In this document: positions 31,815 to 45,010 of the stretch, piece after piece
Numbering within the stretch: the stretch's first letter is position 1
How the letters are laid out: every line of letters starts with the position of its first letter
Origin: Candidatus Latescibacterota bacterium
Lineage (GTDB): Bacteria; Latescibacterota; UBA2968; UBA8231
Assembly: GCA_965223905.1 (NCBI GenBank)
Contig: CBDCXV010000001.1
Coordinates: 512,001-576,000, forward strand
Length of the DNA stretch: 64,000 nt
Reading direction: 5' to 3'
Program-made: the position numbers and the translations under genes
Notes under the pieces: generated by a model
Told to the model about the DNA's origin: nothing
Database searches by the model: none
What the model saw: the letters and a program-made list of their open reading frames with translations, nothing else

Positions 31815-33293
31815 TCAGGAACGGAGGCCTTTTTGCATAATCCACGGCTGCAGCGCCGATAGAATGCCCGTGTACAGGAATCCGGTCTGAAACAGCAGCA
31901 GGAAGGGAATCCCGAAGTACAGGCCGACGGACCACGCCTCCTGAAGGATGGTCGCGAAGTAGAGGGCCATCGATATTTCGAGGCCTGCCAGAAACGTCTT
32001 TCCCCCGACGTATTTTCTTCCCGGGGTCCGCTTTTTGTCGACGCCGTATTTGGGAGTGCGCCGGAAAGAACTCTGGTGTCCGACCAGGGCTTCCAGTACC
32101 GCGCGCGCGTTGTTGATGCAGAGGCTGATTCCGACCGCCATGAGCGCCGGCAAGAACTTTATCTGCTTTTTCCAGTCGACGTACAGCGCTTTCTGCGAGA
32201 CCAGGTAAAACCCGGAAATCGCCATGGTCGCCATCGAAAACAAAGGCAGGTCGATGATGAACATGCGATGGCGCCAGTCGAGCTCGGCGCGAATCTCGAA
32301 CACAGGCAGCATCAGGATGGCCATCGCCAGCATCAGCAGGTAGGTGCTGTTGGCGGTAAGGTGAAAAGTGGCCTCGATCTTGACGGCGAGGGGAACGGGA
32401 CTGCGCCAGACCCGGGGCAGGATTTTCCTCGCCGTCTGCACCGCCCCCTTGGTCCAGCGGTGCTGCTGGGACTTGAAGGCATTGATCTCGACGGGGAGCT
32501 CCGCGGGAACCTCGACTTCGGGCAGGAACAGGAACTTCCACCCCGCCAACTGGGCGCGATAGCTCAGGTCGAGGTCCTCGGTCAGAGTGTCGTGCTCCCA
32601 GCCTCCTGCATCGAGGATGCTGCGCTTTCTCCAGATTCCGGCGGTGCCGTTGAAATTGAAGAAGCGGCCCGAGCGATTGCGGGCGGTGTGCTCGATGACG
32701 AGGTGGCCGTCGAGAAAGATCGATTGGATCCGGGTAAGCAGGGAGTATTCGCGGTTCAAATGCCCCCAGCGCATCTGAACCATGCCGATCTCCGGGTCGG
32801 TGAAGTAGTCAATGACGCGCTTCAGCAGATCGGGCCGGGGGACGAAGTCGGCGTCGAGAACGAGGATGAAATCGTGCTCGGCGCGCTCGAGACCGGCGGC
32901 GAGGGCTCCCGCCTTGAATCCGGCCCGGGAATCCCGGTGGAGGTATTCGATATTCAACCCCCCGGCTGCCAGCTGCTCCACCGCCTGGCGGGCGCGCTCC
33001 TGGGTCTCGTCGATGGAGTCGTCGAGAACCTGGACCTGCAGCCTGTCCCGGGGATAGTCGAGCTCGCCGACCGCCGTGAGCAGTCGGTCGACGACGTGGT
33101 ACTCGTTGTAGAGCGGCAGCTGTACGGTTACACCGGGAAGCTCTGAAAAACGGGAGGGCGGTGCTGTTGAATCGCCGCGGTGCTTGAAGTACAGCCTGAG
33201 CATGAACCAGCGGTGAAAGCCGTAGAGGCTGAGCACTGCCACGATGAGGCAATAAAGGGAGAGGCAGGCAATCTGCCAGCTGTCGAGGCTCAT
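31815..33293 (-). CDS. processive family-2 glycosyltransferase (cellulose synthase-like)
   Basis: Motifs VQLPLYNE, DDS, GFKAGAL, DADF, TEDLD and QQHRW (D,D,D,QxxRW), with flanking TM helices. Confidence 0.93.
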   Translation of the reverse strand: MSLDSWQIACLSLYCLIVAVLSLYGFHRWFMLRLYFKHRGDSTAPPSRFSELPGVTVQLPLYNEYHVVDRLLTAVGELDYPRDRLQVQVLDDSIDETQERARQAVEQLAAGGLNIEYLHRDSRAGFKAGALAAGLERAEHDFILVLDADFVPRPDLLKRVIDYFTDPEIGMVQMRWGHLNREYSLLTRIQSIFLDGHLVIEHTARNRSGRFFNFNGTAGIWRKRSILDAGGWEHDTLTEDLDLSYRAQLAGWKFLFLPEVEVPAELPVEINAFKSQQHRWTKGAVQTARKILPRVWRSPVPLAVKIEATFHLTANSTYLLMLAMAILMLPVFEIRAELDWRHRMFIIDLPLFSMATMAISGFYLVSQKALYVDWKKQIKFLPALMAVGISLCINNARAVLEALVGHQSSFRRTPKYGVDKKRTPGRKYVGGKTFLAGLEISMALYFATILQEAWSVGLYFGIPFLLLFQTGFLYTGILSALQPWIMQKGLRS

Positions 33294-33320
33294 GTTATGG
33301 CGGCGGGAAACGGGAGGTTA

Positions 33321-36623
<3,303 letters not shown>

Positions 36624-36960
36624 GGAACAGATAATCAGGTGTGTCGATCAGGGAGGCCGGGATTTGGTGCGCCGCGCGTCCGGGTCAGGCCCCCCGGGTT
36701 CGACATTTGCCCCTTACGGCGTCCCGTTCGGCTTTGGCGGCACAGGTATAAAAAGTACGCCAGATCCCGGAGTCCGCCACGGCCGCGGCAGTCGGAGAGG
36801 CAAGCGGAAAATCGCGGCTGCCAGACGGGGCCGCGATAGGTCCTCTACGCCACCGAGCGCCACGGGGTCCGGCGGGATCGGAAACGCCGGGGACGCCATG
36901 TAGCGGATGACAGTGGTAGGAAAAGCGGCTGAGGCAAGCCATTTTCGAGCCGCGCGGGGT

Positions 36961-37467
36961 TCAGGCTTCCCGGTTCAGCTGTCGGACGATGGCGTCGAGA
37001 ACCCCGTTGACGAATGCGTAGGAGCGCTCGGAACCGTAGGCCTTTGCCAGCTCGACAGCCTCGTCGATCGACACCATTTCCGGAATGTCGTCGAAGTGGA
37101 CGATCTCGGCCACGGCCTGCCTGAGAATGAGCGCGTCCAGTCGCGCCAGTCGCTCGCGGCTCCAGTTCGTCGCCGTGGCGGCGATCAGGTCGTCGAGCTC
37201 CTCCCGGTGACTCAGCGAGGTGCGCACCAGGGCCGCGGCGAAATCGAGATTGCCCCCGGCGATCCCGCGCCTCGGTCCGAGATCGGCCAAGGCCCTCTCG
37301 GCGTCGCCGGGGGAGCTGGCTTCCCAGTATTGAACCTGCAGAGCCAGTTGCCGGGCGCCGTTCCGGGTGTCGGCCAGCGGCTTGTCGGTCCAGGAGGGCT
37401 CTTCGTGCTCCGGGAAAAGGATGGCAGCCTCGCGGAACTCGCCGCCATCGGGGTTACGGGTGTTCAT
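36961..37467 (-). CDS. nusB: transcription antitermination factor NusB
   Basis: Motifs ARQLALQVQY, WSRERLARLDALILR, SIDEAVELAKAY and FVNGVLD. Start is uncertain. Confidence 0.92.
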   Translation of the reverse strand: MNTRNPDGGEFREAAILFPEHEEPSWTDKPLADTRNGARQLALQVQYWEASSPGDAERALADLGPRRGIAGGNLDFAAALVRTSLSHREELDDLIAATATNWSRERLARLDALILRQAVAEIVHFDDIPEMVSIDEAVELAKAYGSERSYAFVNGVLDAIVRQLNREA

Positions 37468-37528
37468 GGGATTCTGGAATCCGCGATGCAACGGCGGCCC
37501 GATTCACGCGGAACTGGGCGCGCAAGCA

Positions 37529-37996
37529 CTACGACAACTCCGCCATCAGTGCCGCCATTTCGATGGCGTTCAGCGCCGCATCCCACCCCCGGTTTCCCGC
37601 GCGGCCCCCGGCCCGTGCGACCGCCTGGTCGACGTTGTCGGTAGTCAGGACCCCGAAGGTGACCGGGACGCCGGTATCGAGACCGACGCGGGAGATCCCG
37701 CGGGCGGTTTCCGCGGCTACGAAGTCGAAGTGGGGCGTGTCCGAGCGTACGACGGCGCCGAGACAGATCACGACATCGAACCTTCCGCTGCGCGCCAGTT
37801 TTTGCGCGACGATGGGCAGCTCGAACGAGCCGGGAACCCAGAAGACCTCGATGTCCCCCCCGTCGCAGCCGTAGCGTTTCAATCCGTCGAGCGCGGCGTC
37901 GAGCAAGCGGCGGGTTATGGAGAGGTTGAAGCGGCTGACGACAACGGCGAAGGTGCGCCCCGCGGCGTCGAGCCGGGGTTCATCCACCGCCGGCAT
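37529..37996 (-). CDS. ribH: 6,7-dimethyl-8-ribityllumazine synthase
   Basis: Motifs VVSRFN, VPGSFELP, LGAVVRSDTPHFD, PVTFGVLT and QAVARAG. Confidence 0.96.
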   Translation of the reverse strand: MPAVDEPRLDAAGRTFAVVVSRFNLSITRRLLDAALDGLKRYGCDGGDIEVFWVPGSFELPIVAQKLARSGRFDVVICLGAVVRSDTPHFDFVAAETARGISRVGLDTGVPVTFGVLTTDNVDQAVARAGGRAGNRGWDAALNAIEMAALMAELS

Positions 37997-39263
37997 TCCC
38001 CGTCTCCTTTTTCGAGTCGCCGCCCTCCTTCGGCTTCCGCAGGATGGTGAGGTGGCCCAGCTTGTCGCGCTTGGTCTGCAGGTAGTGGATGTTGTGCGGG
38101 TTCGGCGACACGGCGATCGGCACCTGCTCGACGACGGTCAACCCGTAGCCCTCGAGGCCGACCCGCTTTCGCGGGTTGTTGGTCAGGAAGCGGACGCGGC
38201 GCAGGCCGAGGTCGTACAGCACCTGCGCGCCGACCCCGTAGTCGCGCGCGTCGGCAGGCAGACCGAGGGCGTGGTTGGCCTCGATGGTATCCAGACCTTC
38301 CGCCTGCTGAAGTTCGTAAGCTTTCAGCTTGTGAATGAGACCGATGCCGCGGCCCTCGTGGCTCTGGATGTAGACGATGACGCCCCGCCCCTCGGCGGCG
38401 ATCATCTCGAAGGATCGCTCCAGCTGTTCGCCGCAGTCGCACAGGTAGGAGCCGAGGGCGTCGCCGGTCACACAGCAGGAGTGCATGCGCACCAGAGTAT
38501 CCTCTCCGTCGAGCTCTCCCATCGCCAGTGCCAGGTAGGGCGACCCGTCGACGAGGCTGCGGTAGGCGTAGGCAGCGAACTCCCCGTAACGGGTCGGCAA
38601 CTGCGCGCGTGCCTCGAGGGCGATCAGCTTCTCGGTGCGGCGGCGGTAGGCGATCAGGTCGCGGATCGTGGCAATCCTGAAGCCGTGGCGCTCGGCGAAC
38701 GAGAGCAGGTAGGGGGTGGGGGCCAGCTCTCCGTCGTCGTCGAGAATGGTCGCTATCAGGGCGACGGGCTGACAATCGGCCATGGTCGCCAGGTCGACGG
38801 AGGCCTCGGTGTGTCCGGCGCGCCGCAAAACCCCCCCAGCCTGGGCCCGCAACGGCGTGACGTGACCGGGTTGCACGAAGTCGCCGGACTGCGACTTCGG
38901 GTCGGCCAGCCTGGCGACGGTCCTGGCGCGGTCCTGTGCGGAAACCCCGGTGCCCTGAATGTCCGCGGCGTTCACCGGGGTCAAGATCGCCGCGCCGCGA
39001 GGCCCGCGGCCTCCGGCATGGAACGTGTCGATTCCCAGCGCCGCGAGGCGCTCCTGTCCGGCGGTGACGTACAGGGGACCGCCGCTGTGCCGGGTCATGA
39101 AGTTGATCGCCTCGGCGCCAGCGAGCTCGGCGACCATTACCAGCTCTCCCTCACCCACCAGCTCGGCCCCGTCGATGTCGGTGGCGCGCTCGTCGACGAG
39201 GACGATCATCCGTCCCGCCTGGAGCTCCTCCACTACCTCTTCGATGGTGTTGAAATCGGACAC
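37980..39263 (-). CDS. ribBA: bifunctional DHBP synthase / GTP cyclohydrolase II (divergent)
   Basis: RibB-like N-half (PGHVTPL, GGVLRRAGHTEA) and RibA C-half (CDCGEQL, EGRGIGL, DARDYG, LTNNPRK). Confidence 0.9.
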   Translation of the reverse strand: MSDFNTIEEVVEELQAGRMIVLVDERATDIDGAELVGEGELVMVAELAGAEAINFMTRHSGGPLYVTAGQERLAALGIDTFHAGGRGPRGAAILTPVNAADIQGTGVSAQDRARTVARLADPKSQSGDFVQPGHVTPLRAQAGGVLRRAGHTEASVDLATMADCQPVALIATILDDDGELAPTPYLLSFAERHGFRIATIRDLIAYRRRTEKLIALEARAQLPTRYGEFAAYAYRSLVDGSPYLALAMGELDGEDTLVRMHSCCVTGDALGSYLCDCGEQLERSFEMIAAEGRGVIVYIQSHEGRGIGLIHKLKAYELQQAEGLDTIEANHALGLPADARDYGVGAQVLYDLGLRRVRFLTNNPRKRVGLEGYGLTVVEQVPIAVSPNPHNIHYLQTKRDKLGHLTILRKPKEGGDSKKETGNAGGG

Positions 39264-39299
39264 GACTATGTTGGCGGGTTGCGGTGCGGGGGAAGGGGG

Positions 39300-39923
39300 T
39301 TAGCGGACCGGAGGCGAAGCTTCCTGACCGCCGACCGAGGTCTCCAGGAGGCGCGCCACGTATCGCGCCAGGACGTCGATTTCCAGGTTGACAGGGTCTC
39401 CGGCTCGCCGCCCGGAAAGGTTCGTGTGTCGTAAGGTATGGGGTATGATAGCGGCGGTAAAGGTGGTTCCGGAGACCTCGACGACCGTCAGGCTGATGCC
39501 GTCGACGGCGATCGATCCCTTGCCGGCGACGAAGCGGCGAAGCCCGCTGGGCATCTCGATTTCGAGGATGCGGTTCTCACCGTCGCGCTCGAACCGGCGC
39601 AGCGATCCTACGCCGTCCACGTGTCCCAGCACCACGTGTCCCCCGAGGCGGCCGTCGGCCCTCATCGAGCGCTCGAGATTGACGGCATCTCCCGGTTCCA
39701 GTGAGCCGAGGTTGGTGCGCCGCAGGGTTTCCTCGACGGATTCGACCAGGAAGCGGCCGTCCGCCCTCTCGACGACGGTCTGGCAGGCCCCGTTGATACT
39801 GATGCTGTCGCCGACCGCGGTTCCATCGGCAGGGAGCACCGAGGCGATTTCCAGGCGCTGAAAGCCCTCCTGCCGCTCCACGCTCCGAACCGTGCCGACT
39901 TCTTCGATCAGCCCGGTGAACAT
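39300..39923 (-). CDS. ribE: riboflavin synthase (alpha chain)
   Basis: MFTGLIEE start at 39923; GDSISINGACQTV, VNLER, GGHVVLGHVDG, KGSIAVDGISLTV and VNLEID. Confidence 0.96.
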   Translation of the reverse strand: MFTGLIEEVGTVRSVERQEGFQRLEIASVLPADGTAVGDSISINGACQTVVERADGRFLVESVEETLRRTNLGSLEPGDAVNLERSMRADGRLGGHVVLGHVDGVGSLRRFERDGENRILEIEMPSGLRRFVAGKGSIAVDGISLTVVEVSGTTFTAAIIPHTLRHTNLSGRRAGDPVNLEIDVLARYVARLLETSVGGQEASPPVR

Positions 39924-41002
39924 GGATAGACCACTTTTCCGGAGAGCAGCGCGTCTTCCCCGAGCCGCTTCAGTTCCATCCGTTCGAGGGAGATCCCCTG
40001 ATCGACCTGTCCGATGCCCAGGTCGCCCACGCCGCTGATCCCGGCGCCGAGAAGTAGCGGTGCCACGTAGAGCATCAGCTGGTCGACGATCCTGTCTGCG
40101 AGCGCCGCGGTGGCAAGGTCCCGGCCTCCTTCGATCAGCAGGCTGATCATGCCGCGCTCGCCGGCGGCGCGAACCAGACGGCGGAGGTCGACGCGGCCTT
40201 CTTCGGCGGGGAAGGTCCAGATTTCCGCACCGGCCGCCTCGAACTCGCGGCGGCGCTCCTCCGGGGTGGAGTCCGCGGTGATCAGCACCGCGGTGCCCCG
40301 CCGGAAGAGGGCCGCCCGCGGCGAGACCCGGAGTCTTCCGTCGACGACCATCGGACGCGGGTCGCGGCCGCGCACGTGGCGAACCGTGAGCTCGGGGTCG
40401 TCGGAAAGAACGGTCCCGGCCCCCACGACGACGCCGTCGACCCAGGAACGCCAGCGATGGGCGTGGCGGCGGGCCGGCTTGCCGGTGATCCAGCGCGAGG
40501 CGCCGTTTCGGGTGGCGATGCATCCGTCGAGGCTCTGCGCCAGCTTGAGGACGACCCACGGCCTTCCGGTTCGGCGATGGGTAAGGAAGGCGGCGTTGTC
40601 GCGCTCCGCCTCGGCGGCGAGGAGCCCCACCTCGACGTCGATTCCCGCTTCGCGAAGGCGCGCGAACCCGCGTCCGCTCACGCGTTCGTCGGGATCCTCC
40701 AGGGCGCAGACGAGGCGGCTGATTCCGGCGGCGGCGACGGCGTCGGCGCACGGGGGGGTGGTCCCGTGGTGAGCGCACGGCTCCAGGGTGACGTAGAGGG
40801 TAGCGTCCCGGCAGCGCTCTCCGGCCGCGGCGAGCGCCTCGACCTCGGCGTGAGTTCCGCCCCGGCGCCGGTAGGCTCCCTCCCCGACCACTTCCTCACC
40901 GCGCACCACTACCGCCCCGACCAGGGCCCCCGGACTGACGCGCCCCCGGCCTCGCCTCGCCAGGCGCAGGGCGCGGCGCATGTGGAGCAGGTCCGCTTTC
41001 AC
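39908..41002 (-). CDS. ribD: bifunctional riboflavin deaminase/reductase
   Basis: Motifs HAEVEAL, TLEPCAHHGTTPPC, KLAQSLDG, SRWITG and LLIEGG. Confidence 0.95.
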   Translation of the reverse strand: MKADLLHMRRALRLARRGRGRVSPGALVGAVVVRGEEVVGEGAYRRRGGTHAEVEALAAAGERCRDATLYVTLEPCAHHGTTPPCADAVAAAGISRLVCALEDPDERVSGRGFARLREAGIDVEVGLLAAEAERDNAAFLTHRRTGRPWVVLKLAQSLDGCIATRNGASRWITGKPARRHAHRWRSWVDGVVVGAGTVLSDDPELTVRHVRGRDPRPMVVDGRLRVSPRAALFRRGTAVLITADSTPEERRREFEAAGAEIWTFPAEEGRVDLRRLVRAAGERGMISLLIEGGRDLATAALADRIVDQLMLYVAPLLLGAGISGVGDLGIGQVDQGISLERMELKRLGEDALLSGKVVYPCSPG

Positions 41003-43146
41003 TCGACGTTAACGATCACCTGCCGGGACCCGATGTTGTCGAGCCGGTCCCAGGCCTGCACCGCGATCACGTGCTCGCCGGGCCCCAGGTTTTCCAGGGT
41101 GAAGCGGGCGCTCTCGCGGGAAGAGTCGAACATGCCGTCTGCCGGCTCTATCTGGTACACGGTTTCACCGTAGTCGATGGAATACTGGGCGCGCCGGATT
41201 TCGCTGACGCGGTCGCTGATTTCGACCGCGACCTCCGGGGTGCGCCTGCCGACGGCCTTCAGCTCGACTACCGGTGGGCTGTTGTCGAGCAGGAACGGGT
41301 CGCTGATGCGCTCGTGCCGAAGGGCGCTTTCGACCGGGTTGTCGGGGCGGTCGGAGACGACCAGCTTCAACCGCGTGCGTCCCTCGGGCATGTGCTCCGT
41401 GTCCCAGAGAAGGGAGTTCTGGGCGGTGTTCTCCTTGACCAGCTTCCACTCCGACTGTCCGTCTCCGCGCAGGAAGATGTCGTAGGCCAGCTTGTCGCCG
41501 TTGGGATCCAGGGCCTGCCAGCGGACCATGCGCAGACTCTTGCGCTGCGCCGGCCGCCGCGGGTCCCGGCCCTGGCTACCGGCCCTGGCCGCGCTCTGGT
41601 CGGAGGAGCCGTTGCCGCCGGACTGGCGCGGGCGGAACGGGAACGTCCGCAGCTCGACGATCCGCGGCGCCAGGTTGGTCTGCTGGGCGCTGAAGGCGAC
41701 GCGCCGGATTTCCGGACTGGCGCCGCGGCCGGAGTGGAGGATTAGGCGGTACTGCAGATAGCGCGCCGGAGGGCTGGTGATGGCTGCCCCCATGCCCAGT
41801 TCCGGCGACCACTCGCTCCAGGTCGGGTCGGGCTCGGCGCTGTTTCCCGAACGGGTCTGCACCGAAAGCCCGGTACCCGCCGGCGTGTCGGCGTCCCACT
41901 CGATGCGGCCCCACCGGGAGTTGAGCTCGAGGTCCTCCACCTGCGAGAGGAACTCCCCCTCATCGGCGAAATGCGGCGACAGCCTCCAGATGTCGCCCGA
42001 CTGCGCGGCGCCGACGAACACGCCTCGCTCGCTTGCCAGGAGCCGGTTCGGCGACAGTGAATCGAGGCGCGCCACCACCTCGAACTCACCTCGGTCCGGG
42101 AACAGTCGAACCAGCTGACCGTCGCCACCGGCCGCGGCGAGAAAGCTGCCGCCCGCTTCCGGTTGCAAATCGAAAATCGGGGCGCCGGTCTGCCAGAGAT
42201 TCGTCAGGGCGCCGGTTGCGTGGACGAGCAGAACCGCCGACCGGCTCTTCTCCTCGTCGGACCCCGGGCCCTCGGAAAGGGCGCTGATAAGCAGCCGGCC
42301 TTCCTTGGCGGCGGCAATGCGGTTGACCTCGTCGAACGCCGTCTCGCATACCAGGCGATGTTGACCTGGTTCGGGCCCCAGCTCATAGAGCCTGCCGGCA
42401 TGGACGTCGCCGCCGGCGTTCGTTTCCCCTCCGTTTTCTTCCGCGTCCTGGCGGGGTCCGGCGGTGGCGGCAAACAGGCGGTCTCCTCTGTGCAGCAAGG
42501 CCATCACGTGCCGTTCGGAGCTGCTCCACAGGGTGTCGAGCCGGCCGTCGGCACTCACCCTGACCACTCCGCCGGGCTCCCCGACCGCGGCAAGGACGCG
42601 CCCCTTTTTGTCGAGGGCCAGATCCCACACGTAGCGGCTCCCGGTCTCGGCGGTGAGGACAGGGGCGCCGTCTTCGTCGAGCCGGTAGACGAGGCCGCCG
42701 GGCGAGGTGCCGATCACCAGATTTCCGCGGCGGTCGAAGAGGGCGGCGTGAACGGCGACCTCCGGGGAATCGAAAACCAGCTCGGCTTCCCCGGAGTCGC
42801 GGACGCGCACCACCTGGCCCCCGTCGCCCGTGCCGGCGTAGAGCAAGCCGTCGGGGCCGTCGGCCAGGGCCCATATCCGCTCGGCATCGAGGCCGGCCAA
42901 TCGAACCAGGGCCGGGGCGGCGCGCAGCACGCCCTCCGAGTCGATGCCGACCCCCCGTGCCCTGCCCGCGGCAAACTCCTCGAAGCTGCTGTGCTCAAGG
43001 TGTCGGGGGAGCACGGCGCCGGCGGTCGAGGGCAACAGCAGGGCTGCGGCGAGAGCACCGATCAAAAGGCCGCAACGGGCCAGGGCGGGAGACCGTGTCA
43101 CTGATACCTCTTCGGGTTGGAGCGCCGCTTCTTTCCGCCGATCCAT
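40999..43146 (-). CDS. exported beta-propeller protein with C-terminal Ig/FN3-like domains, function unknown
   Basis: Signal peptide; repeats such as IWALA..PDGLLYAGTG and YVWDLALD..GRVLAAVG; SRWGRIEW, QTRSGNS..PD.TWSEWS, RYLQYR and W.A.DPNGD.L. Stop overlaps the ribD GTG. Confidence 0.8.
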   Translation of the reverse strand: MDRRKEAALQPEEVSVTRSPALARCGLLIGALAAALLLPSTAGAVLPRHLEHSSFEEFAAGRARGVGIDSEGVLRAAPALVRLAGLDAERIWALADGPDGLLYAGTGDGGQVVRVRDSGEAELVFDSPEVAVHAALFDRRGNLVIGTSPGGLVYRLDEDGAPVLTAETGSRYVWDLALDKKGRVLAAVGEPGGVVRVSADGRLDTLWSSSERHVMALLHRGDRLFAATAGPRQDAEENGGETNAGGDVHAGRLYELGPEPGQHRLVCETAFDEVNRIAAAKEGRLLISALSEGPGSDEEKSRSAVLLVHATGALTNLWQTGAPIFDLQPEAGGSFLAAAGGDGQLVRLFPDRGEFEVVARLDSLSPNRLLASERGVFVGAAQSGDIWRLSPHFADEGEFLSQVEDLELNSRWGRIEWDADTPAGTGLSVQTRSGNSAEPDPTWSEWSPELGMGAAITSPPARYLQYRLILHSGRGASPEIRRVAFSAQQTNLAPRIVELRTFPFRPRQSGGNGSSDQSAARAGSQGRDPRRPAQRKSLRMVRWQALDPNGDKLAYDIFLRGDGQSEWKLVKENTAQNSLLWDTEHMPEGRTRLKLVVSDRPDNPVESALRHERISDPFLLDNSPPVVELKAVGRRTPEVAVEISDRVSEIRRAQYSIDYGETVYQIEPADGMFDSSRESARFTLENLGPGEHVIAVQAWDRLDNIGSRQVIVNVE

Positions 43147-43200
43147 CCTGTCCCGGGCGGCGGCTGATATCTTTCCGGATTTCGTTTCAAAAAACAGTTC

Positions 43201-44979
43201 TCATTCGGCTGCGCGGCGTCTGATCTCCAGCGGCAGGCTCCGTTCCCCGACGAGCGCGTACCGGGTGCGAACCTGGCTCCGCGCCACCACCCGCCCGCTG
43301 ACCGGAGCCACGCGCCCGCTTCCGGTGTCTGCAGACAGCACGGCGTGAGCCGACGGCGGCAGTCCCGGCAGCTCGCGGCCGTCGACGCTCATCGCCGCCT
43401 CGGGGCGAAACAGCTCGATCACCAGGTCGTCGCGGCGGGCGCTGCGGTTGAGCAACCGGATAAGCTGCTCGTTGTTGCGCGGTCGGAACCCGTCGGGCCG
43501 CCGCGCCATCTCCCAGGCCCGGGCACTGCGGCCGCTGCCGATCCGCACCTCGACGGGGCCGGAAACAGCGGTCCGCGGGACGCGCACCTCCACCACGCGC
43601 TCTTCTTCGGGTTGCCTGTGAGGGCGCAGCATCACGCGCACCGAAACTGCGTCCCCCGGCGAAGCGGCGGCCGCCGAAAGGAGGCGCGCTTCGACGATTT
43701 CGGCGCGCCGGGATTCCTCCGCGACCTCGACAGTGAGATCGAGCGAATCGACGCCGATGCGCTCGAAGGGCCCCCCCAGCGCCAGTCGCAACGGTTCGGC
43801 CAACTCGCGGGCGGCGTCGAACACCGCGGCGCGGCCGGAGTACAGATCGGCGCGCTCGACGCGGGCACCGTTTTCGAGATACAGGGTCGCATCGGCGATC
43901 AGGCTGGATTCCCCGGTCAGGCTGGCAGCCGGTTCGAGAGCCGAGAGAATGACGACTCGTGCGAGAAAGGGGGTGAGCAGGTCGTGCCGCAGCAGCTCGA
44001 ACGAAAAGCGCTCGCCGTCGGTCGTGCCGGACAGTTCGAGCGCCAGCGGCAACACCGCCGCCCGGGCGCCGGCAACGCCGGCAATGCCCGACCAGCGATC
44101 CTGGCGCACGGCCCCGATTTCGGCGCCGGCCGCACCCAGCTTGAACGAGGCGAACCGGCTCGGCAGCACGCCGTGGATGCGGGCCCCGGAGAGCGGCAGG
44201 TCGACGGCCCCCAGCTCGAGGAGAGGGTGTCCGAGACCGACGAGGCGGTCGCCGTCGCGGTGGGTGAGAGTGCCGATGGCGACGGCGCTGAAATCGCCGC
44301 TTACGAACGGGACGCCCAACGCCGCCCCAGGTTGCATGGAGCCGGCATCAGTGGGGCCGGAAGATCCTCCAGCAGCCGGCCCCAAGGCGGTTGCGAAGCC
44401 GTAGTCAGCCATGAATTCGTCGAGCATCCGCGCCGCAGTCGGCGAGAAGCCGCTCAGCGAGAGGGGAGTCGCCAGCGGCTCGAGCGGGCCCGGATGGGAT
44501 TTCCGGTCCCCCCCGCCACTCCCTTCCTCGAATCCGGCTTGATCCCCATTCTCCCCGCCCGTCTCGAGACCGCGCTCCATCACCGCCAGCATGTCGGCGA
44601 TAGGGGTGATTCCGCAGATCGGCTCCTTCGAAAACGCCCAGCCGAACGAAACCGCTCCCAGCAGCCGCCCGTCGATGTAGACGGGACTGCCGCTCATGCC
44701 GCGAATCACTCCGGTCTCCTCGAGTCCCGCCCCCGACAAGCGGGCGAGGATGAGGTTCTTCCCGGGACGGAGGCGGTTGCGCTCGAGACCGATGATCTCG
44801 ACGCCGAAGGTGTCGATGGCGGTTCCGCGAAAGACGGATAAGCCGATCCCGGAGAGACCGGGGCGCACCTCATCCTGGGGATAAAACTCGACGGGCGAAG
44901 CGGCGGCCGCGCCCGCAAGGAACCAGAGGGCAAGCGTTGCCGCCCGGCGGGTGGATAGCTGTAACTCTTTGTGCGGCAA
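43201..44979 (-). CDS. SpoIVB-like peptidase S55 domain protein, exported
   Basis: Signal peptide; ILARL, GVIRGMSGSPVYIDGRLLGAVSFGW, GITPIADML, AIGTLT and GLGHPL. Confidence 0.85.
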   Translation of the reverse strand: MPHKELQLSTRRAATLALWFLAGAAAASPVEFYPQDEVRPGLSGIGLSVFRGTAIDTFGVEIIGLERNRLRPGKNLILARLSGAGLEETGVIRGMSGSPVYIDGRLLGAVSFGWAFSKEPICGITPIADMLAVMERGLETGGENGDQAGFEEGSGGGDRKSHPGPLEPLATPLSLSGFSPTAARMLDEFMADYGFATALGPAAGGSSGPTDAGSMQPGAALGVPFVSGDFSAVAIGTLTHRDGDRLVGLGHPLLELGAVDLPLSGARIHGVLPSRFASFKLGAAGAEIGAVRQDRWSGIAGVAGARAAVLPLALELSGTTDGERFSFELLRHDLLTPFLARVVILSALEPAASLTGESSLIADATLYLENGARVERADLYSGRAAVFDAARELAEPLRLALGGPFERIGVDSLDLTVEVAEESRRAEIVEARLLSAAAASPGDAVSVRVMLRPHRQPEEERVVEVRVPRTAVSGPVEVRIGSGRSARAWEMARRPDGFRPRNNEQLIRLLNRSARRDDLVIELFRPEAAMSVDGRELPGLPPSAHAVLSADTGSGRVAPVSGRVVARSQVRTRYALVGERSLPLEIRRRAAE

Positions 44980-45010
44980 CTCAGTACAGTTTCATTGAGG
45001 GAAAGGGAAA

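Noticed and set aside
36624-36960. Possible SecM-like leader peptide or structured RNA upstream of secA
   Set aside because: The small ORFs lack a signal peptide, RBS or recognisable arrest motif, and I could not support a structure.
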